Source of the DNA: Macrostomum hystrix
Lineage: Eukaryota; Animalia; Platyhelminthes
Reading direction: 5' to 3'
Assembly: GCA_950097015.1 (NCBI GenBank)
Contig: CATNEN010000038.1
Location: forward strand, 22,134,001-22,198,000
DNA length: 64,000 nt
Shown here: positions 1 through 12,830 of the stretch, one piece after another
Layout of the letters: every line of letters starts with the position of its first letter
How positions within the stretch are numbered: the stretch's first letter is position 1
Notes under the pieces: generated by a model
Seen by the model: only the letters and a program-made list of their open reading frames with translations
Told to the model about the DNA's origin: nothing
Databases searched by the model: none
Program-made: the position numbers and the translations under genes

Positions 1-3000
1 GAGGCTCTGGGAAAATGACAGCTCTTCAAACTGAGGATCTGGGAAAATGACAGCTCTTCAAACTGAGGATCTAGGAAAATGACAGCTCTTCAAACTGAGG
101 ATCTGAGAAAATGACAGCTCTTCAAACTGAGGATCTGAGAAAATGACAGCTCTTCAAACTGAGGATCTAGGAAAATGACAGCTCTTCAAACTGAGGATCT
201 GGGAAAATGACAGCTCTTTAAACTGAGGATCTGAGAAAATGACAGCTCTTCAAACTGAGGATCTGGGAAAATGACAGCTCTTCAAACTGAGGATCTGGGA
301 AAATGACAGCTCTTCAAACTGAGGATCTGGGAAAATGACAGCTCTTCAAACTGAGGATCTGGGAAAATGACAGCTCTTCAAACTGAGGATCTAGGAAAAT
401 GACAGCTCTTCAAACTGAGGATCTGGGAAAATGACAGCTCTTCAAACTGAGGATCTGGGAAAATGACAGCTCTTCAAACTGAGGATCTAGGAAAATGACA
501 GCTCTTCAAACTGAGGATCTGGGAAAATGACAGCTTCACAAACTGAGGATCTGGGAAAATGACAGGTACACTAACAGAGGATCTGAGAAAATGACAACTT
601 CACAAACTGAGGATCTGGGAAAATGACAGCTCTTCAAACTGAGGATCTGGGAAAATGACAGCTCTTCAAACTGAGGATCTGGAAAAATGACAGCTCTTCA
701 AACTGAGGATCTGGGAAAATGACAGCTCTTCAAACTGAGGATCTAGGAAAATGACAGCTCTTCAAACTGAGGATCTGGGAAAATGACAGCTCTTCAAACT
801 GAGGATCTAGGAAAATGACAGCTCTTCAAACTGAGGATCTAGGAAAATGACAGCTCTTCAAACTGAGGATCTGGGAAAATGACAGCTCTTCAAACTGAGG
901 ATCTAGGAAAATGACAGCTCTTCAAACTGAGGATCTAGGAAAATGACAGCTCTTCAAACTGAGGATCTGGGAAAATGACAGCTCTTCAAACTGAGGATCT
1001 GGGAAAATGACAGCTCTTCAAACTGAGGATCTGAGAAAATGACAGCTCTTCAAACTGAGGATCTGGGAAAATGACAGCTCTTCAAACTGAGGATCTAGGA
1101 AAATGACAGCTCTTCAAACTGAGGATCTAGGAAAATGACAGCTCTTCAAACTGAGGATCTGGGAAAATGACAGCTCTTCAAACTGAGGATCTAGGAAAAT
1201 GACAGCTCTTCAAACTGAGGATCTAGGAAAATGACAGCTCTTCAAACTGAGGATCTGAGAAAATGACAGCTCTTCAAACTGAGGATCTAGGAAAATGACA
1301 GCTCTTCAAACTGAGGATCTGGGAAAATGACAGCTCTTCAAACTGAGGATCTAGGAAAATGACAGCTCTTCAAACTGAGGATCTAGGAAAATGACAGCTC
1401 TTCAAACTGAGGATCTAGGAAAATGACAGCTCTTCAAACTGAGGATCTAGGAAAATGACAGCTTTACAAACTGAGGATCTGGGAAAATGACAGCTCTTCA
1501 AACTGAGGATCTGGGAAAATGACAGCTCTTCAAACTGAGGATCTGGGAAAATGACAGCTCTTCAAACTGAGGATCTAGGAAAATGACAGCTCTTCAAACT
1601 GAGGATCTGAGAAAATGACAGCTCTTCAAACTGAGGATCTGAGAAAATGACAGCTCTTCAAACTGAGGATCTGAGAAAATGACAGCTCTTCAAACTGAGG
1701 ATCTGGGAAAATGACAGCTCTTCAAACTGAGGATCTAGGAAAATGACAGCTCTTCAAACTGAGGATCTAGGAAAATGACAGCTCTTCAAACTGAGGATCT
1801 AGGAAAATGACAGCTCTTCAAACTGAGGATCTGGGAAAATGACAGCTCTTCAAACTGAGGATCTGGGAAAATGACAGCTCTTCAAACTGAGGATCTGGGA
1901 AAATGACAGCTCTTCAAACTGAGGATCTGGGAAAATGACAGCTCTTCAAACTGAGGATCTAGGAAAATGACAGCTGTTCAAACTGAGGATCTGGGAAAAT
2001 GACAGCTCTTCAAACTGAGGATCTGGGAAAATGACAGCTCTTCAAACTGAGGATCTGGGAAAATGACAGCTCTTCAAACTGAGGATTTAGGAAAATGACA
2101 GCTCTTCAAACTGAGGATCTAGGAAAATGACAGCTCTTCAAACTGAGGATCTGGGAAAATGACAGCTCTTCAAACTGAGGATCTGGGAAAATGACAGCTC
2201 TTCAAACTGAGGATCTGAGAAAATGACAGCTCTTCAAACTGAGGATCTGGGAAAATGACAGCTCTTCAAACTGAGGCTCTGGGAAAATGACAGCTCTTCA
2301 AACTGAGGATCTGGGAAAATGACAGCTCTTCAAACTGAGGATCTAGGAAAATGACAGCTCTTCAAACTGAGGATCTGAGAAAATGACAGCTCTTCAAACT
2401 GAGGATCTGAGAAAATGACAGCTCTTCAAACTGAGGATCTAGGAAAATGACAGCTCTTCAAACTGAGGATCTGGGAAAATGACAGCTCTTTAAACTGAGG
2501 ATCTAGGAAAATGACAGCTCTTCAAACTGAGGATCTGGGAAAATGACAGCTCTTCAAACTGAGGATCTGGGAAAATGACAGCTCTTCAAACTGAGGATCT
2601 GGGAAAATGACAGCTCTTCAAACTGAGGATCTGGGAAAATGACAGCTCTTCAAACTGAGGATCTAGGAAAATGACAGCTCTTCAAACTGAGGATCTGGGA
2701 AAATGACAGCTCTTCAAACTGAGGATCTGGGAAAATGACAGCTCTTCAAACTGAGGATCTAGGAAAATGACAGCTCTTCAAACTGAGGATCTGGGAAAAT
2801 GACAGCTTCACAAACTGAGGATCTGGGAAAATGACAGGTACACTAACAGAGGATCTGAGAAAATGACAACTTCACAAACTGAGGATCTGAGAAAATGACA
2901 GCTCTTCAAACTGAGGATCTGGGAAAATGACAGCTCTTCAAACTGAGGATCTGAGAAAATGACAGCTTCACAAACTGAGGATCTGAGAAAACGACAGCTT

Positions 3001-6000
3001 CACAAACTGAGGATCTGGGAAAATGACAGGTACACAAACTGAGGATCTGAGAAAATGACAGCTCTTCAAAATGAGGATCTGGGAAAATGACAGCTCTTCA
3101 AACTGAGGATCTGGGAAAATGACAGCTCTTCAAACTGAGGATCTGGGAAAATGACAGCTCTTCAAACTGAGGATCTAGGAAAATGACAGCTCTTCAAACT
3201 GAGGATCTAGGAAAATGACAGCTCTTCAAACTGAGGATCTGGGAAAATGACAGCTCTTCAAACTGAGGATCTGGGAAAATGACAGCTCTTCAAACTGAGG
3301 ATCTGGGAAAATGACAGCTCTTCAAACTGAGGATCTAGGAAAATGACAGCTCTTCAAACTGAGGATCTAGGAAAATGACAGCTCTTCAAACTGAGGATCT
3401 GGGAAAATGACAGCTCTTCAAACTGAGGATCTAGGAAAATGACAGCTCTTCAAACTGAGGATCTAGGAAAATGACAGCTCTTCAAACTGAGGATCTGGGA
3501 AAATGACAGCTCTTCAAACTGAGGATCTGGGAAAATGACAGCTCTTCAAACTGAGGATCTGAGAAAATGACAGCTCTTCAAACTGAGGATCTAGGAAAAT
3601 GACAGCTGTTCAAACTGAGGATCTAGGAAAATGACAGCTCTTCAAACTGAGGATCTGGGAAAATGACAGCTCTTCAAACTGAGGATCTGGGAAAATGACA
3701 GCTCTTCAAACTGAGGATCTAGGAAAATGACAGCTCTTCAAACTGAGGATCTAGGAAAATGACAGCTCTTCAAACTGAGGATCTGAGAAAATGACAGCTC
3801 TTCAAACTGAGGATCTAGGAAAATGACAGCTCTTCAAACTGAGGATCTGGGAAAATGACAGCTCTTCAAACTGAGGATCTAGGAAAATGACAGCTCTTCA
3901 AACTGAGGATCTAGGAAAATGACAGCTCTTCAAACTGAGGATCTAGGAAAATGACAGCTCTTCAAACTGAGGATCTAGGAAAATGACAGCTTTACAAACT
4001 GAGGATCTGGGAAAATGACAGCTCTTCAAACTGAGGATCTGGGAAAATGACAGCTCTTCAAACTGAGGATCTGGGAAAATGACAGCTCTTCAAACTGAGG
4101 ATCTAGGAAAATGACAGCTCTTCAAACTGAGGATCTGAGAAAATGACAGCTCTTCAAACTGAGGATCTGAGAAAATGACAGCTCTTCAAACTGAGGATCT
4201 GAGAAAATGACAGCTCTTCAAACTGAGGATCTGGGAAAATGACAGCTCTTCAAACTGAGGATCTAGGAAAATGACAGCTCTTCAAACTGAGGATCTAGGA
4301 AAATGACAGCTCTTCAAACTGAGGATCTAGGAAAATGACAGCTCTTCAAACTGAGGATCTGGGAAAATGACAGCTCTTCAAACTGAGGATCTGGGAAAAT
4401 GACAGCTCTTCAAACTGAGGATCTGGGAAAATGACAGCTCTTCAAACTGAGGATCTGGGAAAATGACAGCTTTACAAACTGAGGATCTAGGAAAATGACA
4501 GCTGTTCAAACTGAGGATCTGGGAAAATGACAGCTCTTCAAACTGAGGATCTGGGAAAATGACAGCTCTTCAAACTGAGGATCTGGGAAAATGACAGCTC
4601 TTCAAACTGAGGATTTAGGAAAATGACAGCTCTTCAAACTGAGGATCTAGGAAAATGACAGCTCTTCAAACTGAGGATCTGGGAAAATGACAGCTCTTCA
4701 AACTGAGGATCTGGGAAAATGACAGCTCTTCAAACTGAGGATCTGAGAAAATGACAGCTCTTCAAACTGAGGATCTGGGAAAATGACAGCTCTTCAAACT
4801 GAGGATCTGGGAAAATGACAGCTCTTCAAACTGAGGATCTGGGAAAATGACAGCTCTTCAAACTGAGGATCTAGGAAAATGACAGCTCTTCAAACTGAGG
4901 ATCTGAGAAAATGACAGCTCTTCAAACTGAGGATCTGAGAAAATGACAGCTCTTCAAACTGAGGATCTAGGAAAATGACAGCTCTTCAAACTGAGGATCT
5001 GGGAAAATGACAGCTCTTCAAACTGAGGATCTGAGAAAATGACAGCTCTTCAAACTGAGGATCTGGGAAAATGACAGCTCTTCAAACTGAGGATCTGGGA
5101 AAATGACAGCTCTTCAAACTGAGGATCTGGGAAAATGACAGCTCTTCAAACTGAGGATCTGGGAAAATGACAGCTCTTCAAACTGAGGATCTAGGAAAAT
5201 GACAGCTCTTCAAACTGAGGATCTGGGAAAATGACAGCTCTTCAAACTGAGGATCTGGGAAAATGACAGCTCTTCAAACTGAGGATCTAGGAAAATGACA
5301 GCTCTTCAAACTGAGGATCTGGGAAAATGACAGCTTCACAAACTGAGGATCTGGGAAAATGACAGGTACACTAACAGAGGATCTGAGAAAATGACAACTT
5401 CACAAACTGAGGATCTGAGAAAATGACAGCTCTTCAAACTGAGGATCTGGGAAAATGACAGCTCTTCAAACTGAGGATCTGAGAAAATGACAGCTTCACA
5501 AACTGAGGATCTGAGAAAACGACAGCTTCACAAACTGAGGATCTGGGAAAATGACAGGTACACAAACTGAGGATCTGAGAAAATGACAGCTCTTCAAAAT
5601 GAGGATCTGGGAAAATGACAGCTCTTCAAACTGAGGATCTGGGAAAATGACAGCTCTTCAAACTGAGGATCTGGGAAAATGACAGCTCTTCAAACTGAGG
5701 ATCTGGGAAAATGACAGCTCTTCAAACTGAGGATCTAGGAAAATGACAGCTCTTCAAACTGAGGATCTGGGAAAATGACAGCTCTTCAAACTGAGGATCT
5801 GGGAAAATGACAGCTCTTCAAACTGAGGATCTAGGAAAATGACAGCTCTTCAAACTGAGGATCTGGGAAAATGACAGCTTCACAAACTGAGGATCTGGGA
5901 AAATGACAGGTACACAAACAGAGGATCTGAGAAAATGACAACTTCACAAACTGAGGATCTGAGAAAATGACAGCTCTTCAAACTGAGGATCTGGGAAAAT

Positions 6001-6256
6001 GACAGCTCTTCAAACTGAGGATCTGAGAAAATGACAGCTTCACAAACTGAGGATCTGAGAAAACGACAGCTTCACAAACTGAGGATCTGGGAAAATGACA
6101 GGTACACAAACAGAGGATCTGAGAAAATGACAGCTTCACAAACTGAGGATCTGAGAAAATGACAGCTTCACAAACTGAGGATCTGGGAAAATGACAGGTA
6201 CACAAACAGAGGATCTGAGAAAATGACAGCTTCACAAACAGGGGATCTGGGAAAAT
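1..6256 (+). repeat. 32-bp intronic satellite (GAGGATCTGGGAAAATGACAGCTCTTCAAACT), about 195 copies, in an APPL intron
   Basis: Direct tandem periodicity of 32 bp; ends about 15 bp from the APPL donor at 6270. Confidence 0.98.
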
Positions 6257-6270
6257 AATTGATTTCTCAC

Positions 6271-9200
6271 CAAAGCAGCAGTCCCTTGGTGTTGCTATGC
6301 ACAGTTTCCAATTCTTGCTTATCAATATAATCCGAGCCAATTTTAAAGAAGGACAGGTGAGCCTGCAGATGCCCCGCTATGGCCTCCAAAAAGACAAACT
6401 GCCGCTTGTGCTGCACCAGGTTCATTGCTGAGAAATAGTGCAGAGCAGTCTGGCAATTATAAAGATATAAATAAAATTGATTGATTATGACAGTTTATTG
6501 ACAGATTGACATCAACAATTGACAGTTAAATTGCGAACCTTGTGCAATTTCTTCCTCATCTGGAAGACCTCCTCGACCGCTTCGATTCGCTGCTTTTCGC
6601 TGCATCTCTTAGCCAGCTTCATGTGCTTCTGAACTGCCAGCTCGTGCTCTAGAAGCGGCAATGACGGATGGTCAATTCGATGGTCATGGCGAATTCCTAC
6701 GCACCGAGATAGTCAAAAGCACGATAAAAGACTACTTACCATCGCTAACCATCTTGTACAAGTGTTGTAACTGGGAAAGTTCTAAAAAATCGAAAAAATA
6801 GAAAACTCGTAACATACTACTAAGTAGTGAACAGAACACTTCAATTTTGTTTTTTTATTAAACAAAAGCAGCAAAACACCAACCTTCCAAATCTGCCGAT
6901 AGAAAACGATTAATCGGATAGATTAGTGTGTCGGAAATCTGGCTGGCTAGTATCTGTTGCATTGTACTGATCTGAAAATCATTGGTACAAAGCATGCGTA
7001 CAAGACAAATGTATTGAGCTCAGAGTGAGTCGAGGATCTGGGATCAATCTGAGGATCTGGGATCAAGCTGAGGATCTGGGATCAATCTGAGGATCTGTGA
7101 TCAATCTGAGGATCTGGGATTAATCTGAGGATCTGGGATCAATCTGAGGATCTGGGATTAATCTGAGGATCTGGGATCAATCTGAGGATCTGGGATCAAT
7201 CTGAGGATCTGCGATTAATCTGAGGATCTGGGATTAATCTGAGGATCTGGGATCAATCTGAGGATCTGGGATCAATATGAGGATTTGGGATCAATCTGAG
7301 GATTTGGGATCAATCTGAGGATTTGGGATCTATCTGAGGATCTGGGATCAATCTGAGGATCTGGGATCAATATGAGGATTTGGGATCAATCTGAGGATTT
7401 GGGATCAATCTGAGGATTTGGGATCTATCTGAGGATCTGGGATTCATCTGAGGATCTGGGATCAATCTGAGGATTTAGGATCAATATGAGGATTTGGGAT
7501 CAATCTGAGGATTTGGGATCAATCTGAGGATTTGGGATATCAGAATCTGGCATTCATGTGCAAATCTAAATAAGTTATTAATTTCATAATATATTATATT
7601 AAGAATTGGATCAACCTAAGGATCTAGGGTCAAATCTAGGGTCAAATCTAGGCATCTGGGATCAATCTGATCAACCATACTAAATTGTCTACTTACCTCA
7701 TCCATATACTCAGCAAGCAAAGGAAATGTAGTAGTCATATAAGAGTCCTCTTTCTCCAAAGGAAATTTCTGCATAAACATTTGGTAGATAGTGATTGTTG
7801 TAGACAATAAATGGTTGATTTTGTATTAATCGAGTTCTGAACTCACAATAGCTGAATATTTCTTCATTAGCTGAGCCAAGCCATGAGAAGCTGACGCCAA
7901 ATCTGACTGTGCTTTGTGTATCTGCTGGCAATAGCCATGAAACTCTCCTGTGTACTGTCTAATCAGGGCTGCATCTTCTTCAAACACAGTTAAAAAATTG
8001 TGAGTCTGCGAGAATCAAGAAATTGGTTGATAATCCTTAGATCACATAATCTCAATTTTTGTGCTCTGAATTTCTTTATATTGAAAACATAGCATGATCG
8101 TCAAGGGGGGTTTCAAGGAATGACATTCATATTAATTTATTGGAAAACAGCCAGAACTCAACTCAAACCTTTGCAAAAGGTAATAATGGGTGATTGTATA
8201 GGTTGCATGGCCAACAGTGTTATTGAAGTGAACCTGGCTCAAATTGAAAATCAGGGAGCTTGAAAATTTGACAAAGAGTTTAGCTAGACTAAATTTGTAG
8301 AGCTATCACTGCATGGTGAGACAATGTGATCTTTATTTGATCATACACATAACTATAAGGCTATCTATTTTAGGATCTAGTTAAAATAAAACAATAATAA
8401 TAAGAGTTTACAAGACAATATAAAATAATAACTATTAATTTATCAATTAAATTTCTCTATATCAAATAGTTTCTCTAGTTAAAAGGTTCACAAGTTTATT
8501 CTGTGATTCTTAAATCCAAAAACAACTTAGTTTTAACTAGTTTTTAGGCATTAAGCAGCTAAAGTGCTAACAAATATAATATAACTATGTAGTGTAACTA
8601 CAAGAAAGCCAAGCTAAAAATACTAAAATGCATTGAGAATAAATCACAGCAAGCTACCAAAAATGTGTAAGTAGGCTAGCAATGTATAAAGTGTGTAACA
8701 TTTAAATTGACATAAATTTATTATGCCTTATAATTTTATTAACATTGATGCTCAAAATGCAAACAATGTTGGTTAGATAGTTAAACCTCATTTTAAATGA
8801 ATTTATCTATGCTTAAGCCCCTCCTTAAAGGATTATATAAAGCTATATATTTCACATCACAACTTTCTTTAAAATACAGATAGAAATAAAATTTATAATA
8901 TAAGATGCAATCATACAAATTTAGACTCATAGAGCCTGAAACAGGAACTGTACAATAATAGATTTAGTGCCAATAAAAATAATAAATTTTATCGTGCAAA
9001 ACTACAGGATAGCCTAACAAGTATATAGCTAGGCTAGCAACATGCACTCCACTACAATATAGCCAGTTACAAGACAACTATTTCTAGCATAAACAAAAAA
9101 GCTAGTAAATGTCTTATGGCGACCCCATGACAGTCAACTGGTAAATAATAATCATAATCTATTTAAAACTAATAGAGGTCTCATAAGTTTATGTCTTGCT

Positions 9201-9290
9201 ACAACACAGTTCCTATCATTCAGCTAAAAATATTAATACCTGTGGACTGTCCTCGATTGCTTCTTCCAGCAGTAGCTTATTAACTGACAT
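6271..9290 (-). CDS. APPL: APPL1/2-like adaptor protein (BAR-PH-PTB), N-terminal BAR-domain exons; gene continues beyond the left edge
   Basis: Exons joined at GT..AG: 9240-9290 (MSVNKLLLEEAIEDSPQ), 7847-8005 (THNFLTVFEEDAALIRQY...), 7697-7768 (KFPLEKEDSYMTTTF...), 6884-6971 (ISTMQQILASQISDTLIYPINRFLSADLE), 6740-6781, 6539-6648 (HELAVQKHMKL...VFQMRKKLHK), 6271-6449 (TALHYFSAMNLVQHKRQFVFLEAIAGHLQAHLSFFKIG). Phases are consistent. Collinear with the recalled human APPL1 N-terminus (LEDSPQTRSLLGVFEEDA...HYFCALNTLQYKKK...QAQISFFKMG). Confidence 0.9.
7032..7540 (+). repeat. 19-bp minisatellite (GAGGATCTGGGATCAATCT) in an APPL intron
   Basis: Tandem units visible between exons 6884-6971 and 7697-7768. 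Confidence 0.95.
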
Positions 9291-9924
9291 TATTGACAGA
9301 CTTCGGAAGAATTACAGAAACCTAGAAATCGAAAGCTTTCAGATTTGAAGCTAATCCCTGCAGACAAATTTTATCGCTGCAATTCACAATTCAAAATAGC
9401 TCCTGCTGCATTGTCATCGGCCAGATTTGTAAAAGTTTCGAAGAAAAAAATTGTTGAAAAAAACACGAACCTGCAATACGTATTTTCACATTTTCAGAAA
9501 TAAAAAGCCATCGATTTTGCACTATAATTTGTATTATATAAACTTTCCTAATTCTCGGCACCTAATTTATCTCACGACTTTTGCATTAAAATGCAAACTC
9601 TAACATTTTAACTTTAAATGATGCTTATGCCTTTTTGTTGTTGTCAATTCCAAATAAATCGTTTCTTCGTCCAGCACAAACAAATATTTCTTCGTCCCGG
9701 ACAAATAAATGCTTCAACACTAGACCATAGACTTATGTATTTGACCGGGACAAGTGGGGGATAACTGCTTGATTACTGCTTGATTTCACTTCTATTTTTT
9801 CATCATGCTATAAACTGAATATGTAAATACATGATATAAATAATCGATTATCATGATATCGACATTATACATGATATATAAAACATTATAAATTATAATG
9901 TTTTTCATCTCAATCAATCATGTT

Positions 9925-10198
9925 CATCCAACAGCACAGCCGCACCAATCGCGAGGCATATCTGAAGGCTGTGTACGGCTGCTCAGTCATGGACTGGGAA
10001 GTTGCCACTGCACACCCACCCACAATAAAATATCATGCACAATAGCTGATACTTTGGTAACTATGCATTTTAAAATATAACAGCTGCATGAACTGAAGCA
10101 ATGCAGAATTTAAGTATATTGTTTAAGGACGTATATTGTCAGTGCAGTCGGTTACGAACCCTTAACCCGTAAGTCGTGAGGCCGTCGCTCTAGGCTAA
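9925..10198 (-). mobile_element. tRNA-derived SINE, diverged copy
   Basis: Aligns by eye with 18866-19112 (tctgaaggctg, ggactggg, aacagctg..tgaactgaagcaatgcaga, cgaaccc, aagtcgtgag). Confidence 0.75.
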
Positions 10199-10384
10199 AT
10201 ATTTTCGCGATTCTTTCACTAAAAGTTTCGCCCTCTAAAAGAGATGGTACGCGATAATTTTCTAAGCTTTGCTTCATTCTAAAGGCATTAAAAATTAAAT
10301 ATTCCGCCTTTTAATTTTTAAGGTCACTTTTTCATCTTTAGAATAGGACCCGACACTGTCTGCAGTTTTATTAGATTGCATCGG

Positions 10385-10548
10385 TGCTTTTTCTCGCCCG
10401 TGCGTGCGTTATTAGTACAAAGCAGGGCCGATACTCTCAATGGAATGGGATTGCGTCACTGCTTTTCTCGCCCGCGAATGTGGTCGCCGAACGGAGGGCC
10501 CGATACCGCCAATTGAATTCGATTGTGTCACTGCCTTTAGCACCCGTA
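10385..10548 (+). repeat. Degenerate ~73-bp tandem duplication (about 2.3 copies)
   Basis: tgcttttctcgcccg ... gggcc(c)gatac ... gattg(c/t)gtcactgc recurs. Confidence 0.5.
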
Positions 10549-11009
10549 CCTGCGTTTATACAGTAAAACGTACATAGCAGATTTCAATGATTTATATTAT
10601 AATTTGGCTTTTACGATGCTCAACGCTAGCGAGACCTCCCTTCTCCTTTTTCTGTCGCTGACAACTGCAGCCTATATATTGTAGAACATTTTCTCGGCTT
10701 CGATTATTATGCCGCTTTCTTTTCATCTAGCTCAGAATTAAAGCACTCTTATTACTTGTATTTTGCAGAATGCAGACCAAATTTCAGCATCAGTTTTTTA
10801 CTGTCTCTTTTTCTTCTGCTACTTATCGATCATCAACAGCTAAAAACGTAGGTATGTTCCTGTTTATTGTTATTTTTTGTTAGGCATTTTTGGGTTCGAG
10901 TATTAATTGTAAGCGCTTTTGATTAGCTCCTGTCGAAGCAGATATTTGTTATTAGCTTTCTTTCTGTAAGAAAATAGTATAAAGAGAAATGCGAAAATCA
11001 ACATTAATT

Positions 11010-11538
11010 TAGTTGAACGACGCGTTTCGCACGAAAGTGTGCATCTTCAGGTTTATTTTAAGTAAAGAAAACGAGTATAGAGATCGGAAGTGAATAAATA
11101 TGAAATTTTTGGCTAACATATTTGCTAGTCGATAAGTCGAGAGGCAAAGTCCAGGGACGGATTGTTAGCGTTGCAAGCCAACAGTACAGAATGTACAGCC
11201 AGTGCCCCCTCCCTCAGAACAAACGGAGAACATGGCCTACGCCAATGTGTTGGAGTTGAGTGTTGAGGGGTTGGGGGAATGCACTTTAATGTAGAACGCT
11301 TCAAGAATCTGCAGTTTGGAGTCAAATGAGCATTGGTCAATGACTTTGAAGCGCTCTTCGGGTTTGCAGCTGGAGCAGCTATTACATTCTAAGAGATGGT
11401 TTTGAATAGCCGACGGTTTCAGCCAGTGCTCCCTGATTCTAGTGTGCAGGTGCCTTTTGGTCTTCCCCACGTAGGAGACGCTCTGGTCATCAGAGCAGTT
11501 GAATTGATAAACAACACCAGCACGATCCGTCTGAGTTC
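11010..11538 (-). mobile_element. 5'-truncated Penelope-like retroelement: GIY-YIG endonuclease C-terminus plus 3' region
   Basis: Minus frame 11237-11535 reads ...RAGVVYQFNCSDDQSVSYVGKTKRHLHTRIREH...SAIQNHLLEC...KLQILEAFYIKVHSP..LN, the GIY-YIG motif with the R..EH, H..C and LE..I..P.LN elements of PLE endonucleases. It is followed by a PLE-type hammerhead. Confidence 0.85.
11013..11056 (-). ncRNA. Minimal type I hammerhead ribozyme (PLE-associated)
   Basis: Minus strand reads AAAC-CTGAAGA-T-GCAC(ACTTTC)GTGC-GAAA-CGCG-TC^GTT. It has the conserved core CUGANGA/GAAA/UH, a 4-bp stem II, a palindromic CGCG stem III and a short AAC/GTT stem I. Predicted cleavage is between 11019 and 11018. Confidence 0.82.
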
Positions 11539-12830
11539 ATTGGTTCTCTGCTGTTTGGGGGACATTGGTTCTCTGCTGTTTGGGGGACATTGGTTCTCTG
11601 CTGTTTGGGGGACATTGGTTCTCTGCTGTTTGGGGGACATTGGTTCTCTGCTGTTTGGGGGACATTGGTTCTCTGCTGTTTGGGGGACATTGGTTCTCTG
11701 CTGTTTGGGGGACATTGGTTCTCTGCTGTTTGGGGGACATTGGTTCTCTGCTGTTTGGGGGGACATTGGTTCTCTGCTGTTTGGGGGGACATTGGTTCTC
11801 TGCTGTTTGGGGGACATTGGTTCTCTGCTGTTTGGGGGGACATTGGTTCTCTGCTGTTTGGGGGGACATTGGTTCTCTGCTGTTTGGGGGACATTGGTTC
11901 TCTGCTGTTTGGGGGACATTGGTTCTCTGCTGTTTGGGGGACATTGGTTCTCTGCTGTTTGGGGGACATTGGTTCTCTGCTGCTGGGGGACATTGGTTAT
12001 CTGCTGCTGGGGGACATTGGTTCTCTGCTATTTGGGGGACATTGGTTCTCTGCTGTTTGGGGGACATTGGTTCTCTGCTGCTGGGGGACATTGGTTCTCT
12101 GCTGTTTGGGGGACATTGGTTCTCTGCTGTTTGGGGGACATTGGTTCTCTGCTGCTGGGGGACATTGGTTCTCTGCTGTTTGGGGGACATTGGTTCTCTG
12201 CTGCTGGGGGACATTGGTTCTCTGCTATTTGGGGGACATTGGTTCTCTGCTGCTGGGGGACATTGGTTATCTGCTGCTGGGGGACATTGGTTCTCTGCTA
12301 TTTGGGGGACATTGGTTCTCTGCTGTTTGGGGGACATTGGTTCTCTGCTATTTGGGGGACATTGGTTCTCTGCTGCTGGGGGACATTGGTTATCTGCTGC
12401 TGGGGGACATTGGTTCTCTGCTATTTGGGGGACATTGGTTCTCTGCTGCTGGGGGACATTGGTTATCTGCTGCTGGGGGACATTGGTTCTCTGCTATTTG
12501 GGGGACATTGGTTCTCTGCTGTTTGGGGGACATTGGTTCTCTGCTGTTTGGGGGACATTGGTTCTCTGCTGTTTGGGGGACATTGGTTCTCTGCTGTTTG
12601 GGCGACATTGGTTCTCTGCTGTTTGGGGGACATTGGTTCTCTGCTGTTTGGGGGACATTGGTTCTCTGCTATTTGGGGGACATTGGTTCTCTGCTGCTGG
12701 GGGACATTGGTTCTCTGCTATTTGGGGGACATTGGTTCTCTGCTGTTTGGGGGACATTGGTTCTCTGCTGTTTGGGGGACATTGGTTCTCTGTTGTTTGG
12801 GGGACATTGGTTCTCTGCTGTTTGGGGGGT
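11538..12830 (+). repeat. 25/24-bp minisatellite (CATTGGTTCTCTGCTGTTTGGGGGA)
   Basis: About 52 tandem units, each with a G5-G6 run. Confidence 0.97.

Noticed and set aside
1-6256. CRISPR-like array (32-bp repeats)
   Set aside because: Head-to-tail repeats without unique spacers, no cas genes, and located in a eukaryotic intron.
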